A DNA stretch of 64,000 nucleotides from Psilocybe cubensis (Eukaryota): contig CM039000.1 of assembly GCA_017499595.2 (NCBI GenBank), positions 2,170,001 through 2,234,000 on the forward strand, written 5' to 3'. A model generated the notes under the pieces. That model was not told the DNA's origin. It did no database searches and saw nothing but the letters and a program-made list of their open reading frames with translations. Numbering within the stretch: position 1 is the stretch's first letter; each line of letters starts with the position of its first letter. Shown here piece after piece: positions 21,675 to 35,036 of this stretch. A program made the position numbers and the translations under genes.

Positions 21675-24395
21675 ATGGCGGACTCCCAGATTGTAGTGGC
21701 CCCTGCCAATACAGTCACTCCCCCTACCACTCCTATCAACGCTGCTCCTCCGCCCACTGTTGAGCAAACACCGCTCGCTTTCAAATCTACTGCCAACGCT
21801 TTCGCCATGGAAGAACCACTTCTAGACGACGTCTACCTGGAAATCTCTGAAGAAACTAGAGGCCATTATCTTGTTGGAATCTCTCCTCAGAATTTTCTCG
21901 ACAGCTTTTTACCTTGGAAACAACCCACACCAGAAGATGCCCCAGAGCCCGATCGGGTCTCGCTTTTGCAATCCGTGCCACCTATCGAGAAAGCCAGGAA
22001 GGAGGAAGTGATGTATAAACCTTTTGTGCGTCTTGAAATCTTTCGATGTACATGACTGCTTTACTTACCTTACGTTCTAGGTTGACGCTCTCAATGGATG
22101 GGTTACCGGAACAGATAATCAACAGTCTCTTGTCTTCAAACGTTTCAACAATCCAGACAGTACATGCGGCCGTATGAATGTCGATATAGCTACCTATTGG
22201 GAGAAAGATACACCATCAACGTCCACGTCATTTGCGCATCAACAAACCCACGAAGAATTCAAGGTTAGCCATCGATATGACGCTTTCGCGCACGCCCTTG
22301 ATGAGGGTCCGGAAGAGGAAGAAGAGGATACAAGTCAAGAAGATGCAGATCCAGCTGCCGTAGCGGGTCCTCAATTAGAGGATGATGATGACGTCGGACT
22401 CTTTGAAGTCAAGACTGAGGATGTAGACGACAAACTGCCCGACCTGACAGCTGATGTCGAAAAGGATACCCAGATTTCCAACCAAACCCGTGGTCAAATT
22501 GCAGCGTATGCTGGTGTCGTGCTCTCTATGGCCTTTCGATCGCATTTCTTTTCTATGTTGATCATCGGTAAATACGCTCGTTTCATACGCTGGGACCGGC
22601 GCGGCGCCATTGTCACCCATAGATTTGATTACACTAAATCCCCCACTTTAATATTCAGCTTCTACCGCCGTTACGGACAGCTCACTCATAGAGAGAGGGG
22701 TTTTGACCTGTCTGCCAAACCATGGCAAGGTGCTGTTCCTCAAAACGTTTGCGAAGCATTCGACAGTTATTATCGACGGTCATGGCACGGTGGATCAAAA
22801 TTTAATCACCGAACAGGCAAGGACGAGCCTGCCGAGCCTGCCTCTCGACAGCGTTTCTTTACGATAGCAGTCAAAGATAGAAATCCTGATCCCACTGCTG
22901 CACATCTGGAAGAAATATACTTTGTCCCGGCCCCTGCGTTCAGACGCACATGCCTCTCTCCCTTTACTCGTGCAACCCGACGCTGCCTTGCTTTTTTTGA
23001 TGCGCCAGACAAGAAGGATCAACAAATGTGCTTTATGAAGGATTCATGGCAGGAAACCAGCGCTCGATCAGCTCCAGAGGCTGACATCTACCGCAGACTA
23101 CATAGTCATGGCGTGGAGAACATTGCTTCGATGCGTTTGGGTGGCGACGTTGACGACCTCGTCACCGTTACGCAGGATTGGTTTCACGTACTCTCGCAAT
23201 CTGGAAAATACCAGAAGATGGGACATCTGGTTTGCCATCGCCTTATTCTGAACACTGTCGCCCGTGATTTGTCGACTTTTGTTTGGTGCAAGGTTCTGCT
23301 TTCTTGCCTTGCTGATGCTATGGAAGGTGCGTTTCTTTGTCTGGATGCAGCAGCTACGTATTCTGATTTTCTTGGCCAGCTGCTCAACAAGCTTACAAAG
23401 CTGGAGTTCTCCATCGTGATATCAGCGCAGGCAATGTAATGATTGTTAGAAATCACGAAACTGGTGAATGGAAAGGCATACTCATAGACTGGGATATGTG
23501 TCTACTTTGGGAGGAACAGAAGCTTATCGGAGAAGTACGTACTCAACGAACTGTGAGTACCCTCTTTTCTCGTATCCCAGAGGATGTCCGTTAATGGTAT
23601 GTCTAGGGTACCTGGGCTTTTATCGCTGCAGAGCTATTGATGCTCCCGGAACCAGGAGCAGCGCCAGTTATTCATTCTCTATGGCATGATATGGAATCCT
23701 TTTTCTGGGTTCTTCTCTACCAGGCTTTACGTTATCTTCGACACAACCTTCTACCCGAACAAACATATCGTCGCATGAAAGCATTGTTCCTTGATCCAAT
23801 GCGAGTTGGCGGACGGACCTATGGGGGTGACGAAAAAGAAAACACTCTCCAGTTCTGCTCGCTGAAGACGCAACGGAAGAAGGTAGCCTCGTTTACGATC
23901 TCTGGGCTAAACGACTTTTTGGAAACCGCTGGCCATTTTCTACATTCCCGTTACCAACCCAAAAATGAACTTCCCGACTGTGATCTGAATAATCCAGACG
24001 ACAAGTGGCTACCTAATCTTCTTCGTTCTACCGCTGATAGCATGGCGCCCTTAAATGTGACCCGGACCGCATTAGCGTCTCCTACAAACGACTCTCAACC
24101 CCCAGCTGACAGAGCCCTGTGGAAGAATGCAAGTGTAAAGGACGCAAGTATCGACTTCTTCATCAACACCTGGGTAGCGGATACCAAGGACACCAAGGCG
24201 GCTCATAACCGCCACTTTCAATCAGTATCAAACTCAGTGATCAATTTTTTGGATGGTCTTCGTGTTAGCCACAGTAGTAAACGTGCACGCGACGACATTG
24301 ACGACACGCCAGATACCAAGGCAAAGACAGAAGTTAGGCCCACGGTCAAACTTGAACATGTTCCTCCTTCGACCAAACGGGTTCGACGTCGCTAG
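21675..24395 (+). CDS. Fungal-type protein kinase (FunK1/Pkinase_fungal), 4 exons
   Basis: RGQIAAYA, RFIRWDRRG, MKDSW, HRDISAGNVMI, LIDWD, RTGTWAF, HDMESFFWVLLY. Introns ~22026-22080, 23327-23379, 23553-23606. Confidence 0.92.
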
Positions 24396-25177
24396 ACTCG
24401 CAAGGATGAAAGGTTCTATTGATAGATGGTATGATTCTTTGCATATCACGTCCAGTACTACTAGTCAGCTTTCATGTTATCCTTGCATCTTTATTTCCTC
24501 TATGATATACCCACTTGATATGGAATTGGCGCGATCAAATATTGTGTAGCTCAATAGGAAAAATGTAGTTCAGGTACTTCGTAATCGCAACATGTCGCGA
24601 AGAAATCTTTGTGGAAGCAACTTACAAGATCCCCTTGAACACGGTCACATGACTAATAATTGCAGAAACGCGTACACGGGCAAGCAACAGACTAAGCGCA
24701 CAGTCACTCGTCATTCCTACTGAACCTTACAAACGAAGCCCTTGAACCGTCTGGAAGTGCTACCTTGCTGTTCCGTGTTAAAAACCGCACTGATTTAGGC
24801 ATTTTTTGCAACATTATTGATAGTAAATTGGTAGTATTATGGCAATTATTGATCAAGCCTTATACCTTATTAGTAGTATTGAGATCCGGTGCTTGAATCG
24901 CTGCGAGCATTAACTTCTAATATCCTGAACAGATGTTGAACAGATATCTCTATCGTTGTTCAGAGCAGACAACGAACACTGCACGCAGCGTGGGAAATGA
25001 TGGGCGGCACCATTCTCATCGCGGGGCCTGATGTAAGTTTGGTTGTCTTGATCATGCATTCCTGTTCCTCCCAATGGGGCACTCCGTGCCCTTATAAAGC
25101 TTTAAATGCACTGAATTCGAGCTGCTTCAGTCTGCATCTTTACTCCTAATATTGCCAATAAACCAATCACTTTCCCC

Positions 25178-27742
25178 ATGTCAGAATCCGAAGATTCAAG
25201 TTTCCTGGACGGTACATATTTGAGTATCGCTCAAGAAACTCAAGGGCACTACCTCGTTGGGATAACACCACAAAAATTTCTGGACACGTTCTTACCATGG
25301 AAGAATTCCATACCAGAAGAACTTCCGGATGCCGAGCGAGTATTACTTTTAAAATCAGTCCCGACTATCAAGGGAAATGAAGAAGAAGATACAATGTATA
25401 GGCCATTTGTATGTATTGTCTTCCGCCAACCTTGTTTATTTGCTATACAAACCTGATGATCTAGGTCGAAGCACTCAATGGATGGGTTACTGGAACAGAC
25501 AATAACCAACCTCTGGTTTTCAAGCATTTCAACAAACCAGACAAGTTGTGCGGTCACCTCAACGTTGATGTCGCTACCTACTGGTTGAAAGACGTTCCAT
25601 CTAACTCGACATTATTTTCGCACCAGCAAACTCATGAAGTGTTCAAACCCAGTTGTCGATACGACGCGTTTGAACACGCCCTTGATGAGGGTCCGGGAAA
25701 TGATGAAGAAAAGAAAGACAGTGAACAAGCTGATAGTCCACGAGTATCAGGAGAGTCTGAAATGGTCACTGACGATAGATTCACGGAAGCCAAGGCTGAG
25801 GAAAAGCTGTCCAAGCTGAATATAGGCGTTGAAAAGGACACCAAAATCGCCAACCAAACCCTTGGTCAAATTGCGGCATCTGCTGGTGTTGCGTTATCCA
25901 TGACATTTAGAAATCATTTTTTCTCATTGTTGATTCTTGGGAAATACGCCCGCTTTATTCGCTGGGACCGTAGGGGAGCCATTGTCACCCACCGTTTCGA
26001 CTACACCGCTTCCCCGGCCTTGATTTTCAGCTTCTATTGCCGATATGGACATATGACTCGTGGGGAAAGAGGTTTTGATACCCACGCTGAACCATGGCAA
26101 GGCGAACTCCCAAAAAATGTATGCGAGGCATTCGATGCTTATTACCAACGGTCATGGCATGCGGGGTCTCATTTCAACCATCGGCCTCGCAAGAAGGAGC
26201 TTGTTTCCCCGGCTTCCAAGCAGCAATTTTTTACTTTGACAGTCAAAGACAGCAAGCCTGGTTCTGTGGGGAACCAACGTGAAGAAGTATATTTTGTTCC
26301 TGCTCCTGCGTACAGGAATGCATTCACATCCCCATTCTCTCGTGCGTCTAAGCGATGCTTGGCTTACTTCGATTCTGTACATGAGAAGGATCGGCAAATG
26401 TGTTTCTTAAAAGACTCATGGCAAGACCCAAGCACGCGATCAGCGCCAGAGGCCGATATCTACCGCAGGCTACATGCGAAAGCTGTTGAAAATATAGCTT
26501 CGATGCGCCTGGGCGGTGACGTAGAAGGGCTCGTCACCGTTACTCAAGATTGGTTTCACGTCCTTTCGCATAGTGGACGGTACAAAAAGTTTGGCCACTT
26601 GGTCTGCCATCGTCTCGTCTTGAACACTGTGGCCCGTGATCTATCAACTTTTGTATGGTGCAAAGTTTTGTTGTCTTGTATTGCTGATGCTATAGAAGGT
26701 ATGACTTGTTCGTTCGTAGAAATTAATCGTTGCTGATTTGTCTCCTACGCCAGCTGCCCAGCAAGCATACAAGGCTGGGGTTTTGCATCGTGATATAAGC
26801 GCGACCAACGTGATGATTGTCAGGAATAATGAAACTGGTGAATGGAAAGGAATACTACTAGATTGGGATATGTGTTTGCTCTGGGAAACACAAGATGGGC
26901 ATCATCAGCGAGCGGTAAGTACCTTTTTATACCCAACTACAGACAATTGAATATAATGATCTGCATAGGGGACCTGGCCTTTTATCGCTGCCGAACTTCT
27001 GATGTACCGAGAGCCAGGTGAAGCACCAGCGGTCCAGTCATTATGGCACGACATGGAATCCTTCTTTTGGGTTCTTGTATATCAAGCTTTGAGTTGTCTC
27101 CCTCACAATCTTTCCCCAGAACTATTGTCTTACCGAATGAAAAGACTATTCTTTGATTACTTGTGCGAAGAAGATGGAAAATTCTATGGAGGAAATGACA
27201 AAGAAAACGCGCTCTCCTTTTGCTCTCTGAAACTCTCCCGCAAGAAGATCGCTACGTTCACCATTTCTGGACTCAACAAATTTTTGGAAACTGTTGGTCA
27301 TCTCCTCAATTCTCGGTATGAAGAGGAAACACAACTTCCCGACTGTGATCTGAACAACCCGGATGACAAATGGTTGACCAGCCTTCTTCGATCAACTGCA
27401 GATGCCATGGCGCCCATGAATATCACACGTACCGCTCTGGCGTCGCCTACAAATGATTCTCGACCTCCAGCAGATAAAGCTTTGTGGAAAACTGCGAATA
27501 TCTCTGCAGCCCCTGCTGATTTGCTCATCGTGGCTTGGCATTCTCAAGGGATGCCTTTCCTGTCAAAATCAAAGGAGCTTCAAAACCGTCAGTCCTATGC
27601 AATCACAAGCTCAATTATGAACTACATAGATGGCCTCCATGGTAGTCATAATAATAAACGTGCCCACGAAGATATTGACGAATCTGCCAGCGTCACAAAA
27701 AAGACTGTCATTGAATTGACCAAGAAGTCAAGGCGCCCTTAA
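25178..27742 (+). CDS. Fungal-type protein kinase (FunK1), tandem paralogue, 4 exons
   Basis: Same motifs (HRDISATNVMI, LLDWD, GTWPF, HDMESFFWVL) and equivalent intron positions (25409-25464, 26699-26753, 26915-26968). Confidence 0.92.
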
Positions 27743-28272
27743 TTTCTGTATAACATCAATAGCATAATCTATGTCCCTCTCCTGTACATACTCCACTTCG
27801 CGGCGAATGCTCTGCTCTCCCACATACCGACGTTTTACACGATCCATGCTCTTTCTGACAAGATATCTGTTTTACTATTCGAATTGTATGTTCCTAGTAG
27901 ACCATATATTGAATACTTTCATGAATTTCCGTTACTACAAATCAAATTGTAATACGTATACGTATATCCAGCTCCTTACATTATTATATTATCAATAACC
28001 TCGTAAGCTTAAGCGCTCAGTATTTACGTAAAGGTCTAGTAAATGTTGCTGGATGCCGTCGTCATATTCACTTAGTTTTTCCCACTCAGACACGATAATG
28101 ATAGTACATGAGGAAAATTGTTTTATTTTAGCTTGCGATTAGCAGAGGCTGCGTAGATAATAGTAATGCGTGATGAGAAAACCGTGATAAAAATGCAAGA
28201 TGTACAGCAATGAAAGTATGTAACACAAAAACCGAAAGCGAGAGGTATGCATCAAGAAAAAAGAAAAGAAGT

Positions 28273-30637
28273 CTAGTCAATCTCCTCCATGGCCGAGGTA
28301 GAGGCAGGCTCCGAAGGAGCAGGGGCCTCTGTGGAAGCAGCAGGAGCCTCCTCCTCATCGTCGACGTCAAGACCGAGAGCGATCATCCTGTAGATGCGCT
28401 TGGCGAACGATGTGGGCTCATCGAGAGTGAATCCAGAGGTGAGGAGGGCAGTCTCGAAGAGGAGGTAGGTCAAGTCACGGACAGACTTGTCAGCCTTGTC
28501 CTCCTTGACCTTGCGCTTGAGCTCCTTGACGATGGCATTGGTGGGGTTGAGCTCGAGGGTCTTCTTGGAGGCCATGTAAGATGACATGGAAGAGTCACGG
28601 AGAGCCTGGGCCTTCATGATGCGCTCCATGTTGGACGACCAACCGAATTGACCAGTGACGAGGACACAAGGAGAATCGGTGATCCTGTTGGAGACAACGA
28701 CCTTCTCGACCTTGTCACCGAGAGCATCCTTGACGGTGGAGCAGAGCTCAGCAAAGTCAGCGGCCTCGGTCTCACGAGCCTTCTTCTCCTCCTCGGTTTC
28801 CTCGAGCTCGAGACCTTCCTTGGAGACACAGATAAGCTTCTTGCCGTCGAACTCCTTGAGTTGGGTGATGGCGTATTCATCGATAGGGTCGACGAGCAGG
28901 AGGACTTCGAAGCCCTTCTTCTTGAGGACCTCAAGGAAGGGAGAGTCGCGGGTAGCAGCAAGAGACTCGCCAGTGAGGTAGTAGATGTTCTTCTGGACCT
29001 CGGGCATGCGAGTGATGTAGTCTGTAAGAAAAGTATTTAACGAGAGGAGTCAAAAAATTTGATTGAAAGAATACGTACCCTTGAGCGAAGTCTGCTCCTC
29101 AGTGGACTTGGTAGAGAAGAAGCGGAGGAACTCTGCGAGCTTGCTGCGGTTTTGGGCATCCTCGTGGACACCGAGCTTGATGTTCTTGCCGAAAGCCTCA
29201 TAGAACTTGGCAAAGTTGTCCTTGTCCTCAGCGATTTCACTGATGAGGTCGAGGGACTTCTTGACGAGGTTCTTGCGGATGACCTTGAGGATCTTGTTTT
29301 GCTGGAGAGTCTCACGGGAGATGTTGAGGGGGAGATCCTCAGAGTCGACGATACCCTTGACGAAGTTGAGGTATTCGGGGATGAGGTCCTCACAGTCGTC
29401 CATGATGAAGACACGGCGGACATAGAGCTTGATGTTGTTGCGCTTCTTCTTGGACTCGAAGAGATCGAAGGGAGCACTACAAATTGCAAAGTCAGCAATG
29501 CGCCCATGTCTGAAAATTGTAAGAGAAAAAGACGCACCGCTTGGGGATGAAGAGGATAGCCTTGAACTCAAGCTGACCCTCGACGGAGAAGTGCTTGACG
29601 GCGAGATGGTCTTCCCAGTCGTTGGTCAAGCTCTTGTAGAAGGAAGAGTATTCATCGGGAGTGATGTCAGAAGGGTTGCGAGTCCAGATGGGCTTGGTCT
29701 TGTTGAGCTCCTCGTTGGAGGTCTCAGTCTCCTTGACCTTTTTGGTCTTCTTCTTCTTGTCCTCGTCCTCGTCGACTTCCTGGATCTTGGGCTCCTCGCC
29801 CTCCTTGACTTCCTCTTCGTCGTCTTCAACTTCCTATACCAAAGATCAGACGCCATGAAGAGATGGGCATGAAGAAAAGTCACGAACCTTCTCAACCTCC
29901 TTGGTCACAGTGAGCTGAATAGGGTAGGAGATGAATTCAGAGTGCTTCTTGACGATCTCCTTGATCTTCTTCTCCTCGAGGTATTCAAGCTGGTCCTCCT
30001 TGAGGAAGAGTCTGATTTCGGTACCACGTCCAAGAGGAGGGTTGACGGTGTCGGGGGTGATGGTGAAGGTTCCGCCGGCGGCAGACTCCCAGATGTATTG
30101 CTCGTCATCGTTGTGCTTGGAGACAACCTGGACGCGCTCAGCAACGAGGTAAGCGGAATAGAATCCGACACCGAACTGTCCAATCATGGAGATATCGGCA
30201 CCGGAGCTCAAAGCCTCCATGAAGCCCTTTACGACGCGTCAGAAATGAATGCCTTTAAAGGAAAGAGAAAGGTGATACCTTTGTGCCAGACTTGGCAATT
30301 GTACCGAGGTTGTTGACCATGTCAGCCTTGGTCATACCGATACCGGTATCGCGGATGGTGAGGATCTTGTTCTCCTTGTCGGGGGTGATACGGATGAAGA
30401 GATCCTTCTCGGTATCGAGCTGAGAGGGGTCTGTAAGGGAGGCGTAGCGGATTTTGTCGAGGGCATCAGAGCCGTTGGAGATCAATTCTCGTAGGAAGAT
30501 CTCCTTGTTCGAGTAGAAGGTGTCTGTGGACGAAAGATCAGCAGAGATTCTGGTCGATGAAAAGACATGAACGCACTAATGATCAAGTCCAGGAGCTGGC
30601 TGATCTCAGCCTGGAATCCGAAGCTTTCTGTGGCCAT
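28273..30637 (-). CDS. HSP90: Cytosolic heat shock protein 90
   Basis: [58 protein letters not shown]-terminal MEEID. Confidence 0.99.
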
Positions 30638-30838
30638 TGCGACTCTGGATTATATTAAGATTAAAAAACGCGGGGAAGGGTGGGGGCAATACAGACTTTT
30701 GGTGGAGATAGAGTAGATGAAAGTAAGAGACTTGGAGGTGAAAAGAAACGCAGCCAGTGCGCGCTTTTATGTATCCTGAAAATTAGTTCTCGAAGAATCC
30801 TAAACTTTCCTTTTGCGGTAAATCTCATGGATCCATGT

Positions 30839-30853
30839 GGAAACTTCTGGAAC
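30839..30853. promoter_or_regulatory. Heat shock element upstream of HSP90
   Basis: Perfect three-unit gGAAacTTCtgGAAc about 200 bp upstream of the ATG. A second TTCtcGAA lies near 30787. Confidence 0.85.
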
Positions 30854-30955
30854 AACTTTGCAACAAACATCATAACAAAGAACAATCCTTCTATGCGTTA
30901 GAATTTGGCATCATGTCATATTAAAAAGTACAGATAGTCGCAGTATGTGGTATGT

Positions 30956-33872
30956 TTAATGGAACGGCCGTGGTGAAAGAATCGGACTCGCTCTCGGTTC
31001 AGAAATCAAGCTTTGGCGGCTATGCTGTCCTTTCAACAGTTGCACCATCGCCTGCAGTTCTTCCACTTCGTCTTTCAGTACTTGATTTTCTTCGCGAAGT
31101 TTCGTGTTCGTTTCACTCAGAGCAACTTTTTCCAGTTGCAGTGCAGCCATGCCTTCAACAAATGGCGTACGCGAATTTGTTGTCACCTTGCGTCGCATCT
31201 GAGCAAGTTGGGCTTCAAGAGTCTGAATCTGTCGCCGGTAACCCCTAAAAACATATTAAAATTTTCGTCCAGATTGCAAAGGTATCCCGACTTACCGTGC
31301 GAGTTCTTCCAATTCAACCTGTGCCGCTTCCATGCTCTCCAACCGCAATGTCATCTGCTTATACTGGCTTCGCATAACACTGATGTCGTTCTCTTGTTCT
31401 TTGAACTTTGCAAAATCCTCATCCCTGCAAGCATTTTCAGCGTTCCTTATTGACTTGGTCAAGTGACCGCTCCATACCACATGCTTTGCACCTTGATGTG
31501 TTGCTCAATCTGGCGTTCATAATCATGCAGTCTGTCGATTTTGTGTTGGTTCTCTTTCTTTTGAGTAGAGAGATCAAACACTTGTTTTGAGGCCTCGGCC
31601 AGCAGTTTACCTTGTGCGTCGAAAAGAGCCTGATATATAGGGGTTAGCAATGCTGATGCGGTATTAAAAGACCACAAACCCTGGCTTCTTTCTCCGCAGT
31701 GCGCAGTGTCGCCGCCTCCAAAAACCAACTCTTTTTCTCATCACGAAGTTCTTTCAATTTTTTCTGCAGCTCCGCATTCCAATCTGCATATTTATTCTTT
31801 GCGTTAGAGGCTTGCATTTTATGGTCCCGTAGCTCCTTTTCGAGCCGAGTAACTTGAGTACGATACTTGCGAAGCTTGTTATACTGATGCTATTGTTAGC
31901 CTGGGTATCTGGTGTCAAATAAATAGACGCTCACCAAGCCTTGACGTTCTGTTTCAGCAGTTTTCATGAGAATCCTGTCTTGATACAGACGGGCAATATG
32001 TTTCGCATTCTCGCGGGACAACCAAAGTTCAAAATTGAGGTCATTTCTCAGTAGAAGAACTTCACGCTGAAGCCCGGATATAGCCTGAGCGACATGTAAA
32101 GAATTAGGATCTTGTTCGAGGGTTGCCATAGGAGGTAGGTCGTTTGGCTCTGGAGACGATACGCCAATTGCCGAGAATAGTGAGTGAGGCCACTGAGACG
32201 TAGGTTGGATAACTTCTAAATCGAGTTTAGATTTCAGAGCTATTGTAGTATCAATCATATCTTGCAGCGAAATAACTGCCTTCCCGGAGGAAAGATCGAT
32301 TGGCTTTATGGAATGTGATTCGGGAGGAGGTCTTGGATCTGATGTTGTAGACGATGATTCTGGTGGGTTCAGGGAAGGTGACGGCCGTCCTGATATATAA
32401 CGTGCTCTAAGGCCGACAGCAAGATTTCGGATGTCGAGCATGGCTGCTTCGCTGACTATCCGCGATATGTCATACTTCATCCAGAATTCCCGTTGTTCAA
32501 GTTCAACGATAGCATCTCGCCAAATCAGCAGAGGGTGACAATTATGTTCCCTAACCAAGTTCTACAGGATATGTCATATGAGAGGGCAATTTCTACAGAC
32601 ATAAAATACTCACCTCACTTCGTCGCCGAATTTCGTCCTGATCCAAAGCATCCTTCCAACTTTCAAGATACGGACTTGGAGTGTTGCTGTCAGTCAGATA
32701 TTGAGCGGGGTCACGAAGGAATTTTAAAACATTGGAAGGATATAGATAATAGAGTATAGTGAAGTAAGGTCTCGATGAAGGTGGCATTGGTGTCGCAACA
32801 TTGAAAACCATTTCTAGTCGGTCCCATGTTATTTCGGGCGAGATAGTGAGCACAGGATTTGTTTCCTGCTCGAGTTCCTTCTCGAAATCGACGTCGACTT
32901 CATCTCCCGTGGGGACTCTGTCTTTCGATGCTCGCCTCTGTTTCCAGCACATGATCCTTGCTAATATAGCAAGCAGTTTGGGTAACATGCTTTTGAGATC
33001 CTCTCGGGCATGAACGGCAAAGAAAGGTAATAGTTTCACAATCAACGTGACACCGAGAGTACAAGCGGTCGATGAATTATCCAAGAATAGAGAGAGCAGT
33101 AGGCTCTGCATGAGGGGAAGTTTGGGAAGTATTTCAGCAGCGGTGGCGAAGTTCGGGGCGCAACTGAAGACATTTAATAAAGTAAGCAGTTGCAATCGTG
33201 AGGACCGAGTAGCAAAATGTTGATCAACTTCATTAAGAAGGTCCTTGCACCCATCGCATATTAGAGATGGATAACATTGCAAGTTTATTACCAGCATACC
33301 TCGGGCCTTTCGTTTCCGAACTTGACCAAGATGTCTTCGAGGTTGTGTTTCCAGTGCGTCCGCTTTATTCGCTCTTCTTCATCCAAACCTGCCCACTCCA
33401 AAACATCATCACCAGAACTTTCATTGAAAGCATCCAATAAGTAGAGTTCTAATAGACGCCTCCGGAAGTCCCTGACTTTATCAGCATATATTTCGTTTGC
33501 TTTTTGTAGAGCCGAGATGATGAGTTCTTTGGCGTGACTGACAGCTTGAGTGGGTAGCTTTGGCTCACGCAAAGCAGGGCGAAGGACAAGATCAAACCAA
33601 GAAATGACAGATATCGACGATAGAACAGGTCCTAGGTGATACAGGATGGCCAGGAATATCTCCGTTTGCTGGAGACACGAATGGTCAACGACTTCATCAT
33701 ATATTGATTGCAAGTCCTCTCCGAGCTGATTAATTTCGGGTTCCTGATCCTCCGCAGAGGCACAGTCCAGAACAAACTCGTCAATAACGGACAAAAGGTC
33801 ATTCAATGACAGTGCATCTGGTGCGTTCTCTAGGGTAGAACGCACTAGACGGGGTAGCGCAGGATTTGGCAT
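30956..33872 (-). CDS. TSC1: Hamartin (tuberous sclerosis 1 homologue)
   Basis: Helical N-terminal domain with YFTILYYLYPSNVLKFLR, then LQREVLLLRNDLNFELWL and a C-terminal coiled coil. Confidence 0.8.
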
Positions 33873-34160
33873 CAGACTGAGGGGCTTCCTGCCGCGGAAG
33901 CCAGCATCAAGGTACCGGACTTTGACTCTGAGTGATTAGCCAATCAAACCACATCAAGACCAAATAATTTCTCTCTGCTCGCTATTCGACACGTCGAGCT
34001 CGCCGTCAGCAGCACCCTCCACGCCTCTAAAATAAAGGTGAGGCCGAATTTATGCCCTTTTCGACCCCAGTAGGAATAGATATAACGTTCGGGAACGTTT
34101 CCGAAGGGTGGATGCGCGTTCTGTGTGTAGGATGAACACTGACGCGTCACCTCATGTCAG

Positions 34161-34919
34161 ATGTCCGCCCATATCGAGGAAGTTGCATCCGACCACTCTG
34201 ACCACGAAGGTCACGACCACCATGACCATGACCACGACCATGACCATGAGGAAGATCCCACGTCTGCAGCTGCCCTTGACAAAATCCAATCTCGCTCAGA
34301 GCGCAAGGCCAGGAAGGCTCTCCTTGGTCTCGGATTGAAGAAGGTTCCTGGTATCACCCGGGTGACATTGAGGAGACCCAAAAATGTACGCGTTTTTACT
34401 TTCTGATTAAGCCTTGTTTCTGACCCTTGACTGCGCGAATAGGTTCTCTTCGTCCTTGCTTCCCCAGAGGTGTACAAGTCGCCAAACAGCGACTGCTACA
34501 TCGTCTTTGGTGAGGCTAAGGTGAGGTATCCAAATTTGTATTATGTGCTTTATTCTAAGTAAATCTGCAGATCGAAGACATGAACTCTCAGGCCCAGATG
34601 TCTGCTGCCCAGCAGCTCTCATCAAGCGGTGCCGGCGCTGCTCCCACCCTCGAGGAATCTGGCGCTGGTGGAGACGACGACGACGACGATATCCCCGACC
34701 TGGAGGCCCCAGAAGATGATGGCCCTGTGGACGAGACCGGCGTTGACCCCAAGGACATTGACCTCGTTATGCAACAGGTCAACTGCTCCCGCGCTAAGGC
34801 CGTACGAGTTCTGAAGGAGAGTGGAGGAGACTTGATCAACGCTAGTGAGTCGAAATATAAGTTGTTCATGTTGATATCTCTAATATATATCTTTTTCAGT
34901 CATGGCGGCGAGCGAGTAG
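34161..34919 (+). CDS. EGD2: Nascent polypeptide-associated complex alpha subunit
   Basis: [40 protein letters not shown] domain [18 protein letters not shown]. Confidence 0.97.
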
Positions 34920-35036
34920 ATTCCCTGTATTTAGTTGTCGTCGCACTATTTCCGGATATTCATTCCGTTGCTTTCGTTGGTCTCGTTTGCTCTAAGAATT
35001 GTGTGACGAATTATCCGGCGGAAGTAAGATATTAAA

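Noticed and set aside
28273-28290. Hsp90 C-terminus MEEID instead of MEEVD
   Set aside because: To my knowledge this is the usual variant in mushroom-forming fungi.
28210-30316. Long + strand ORFs opposite HSP90
   Set aside because: Antisense shadows caused by strong codon bias in a highly expressed gene.
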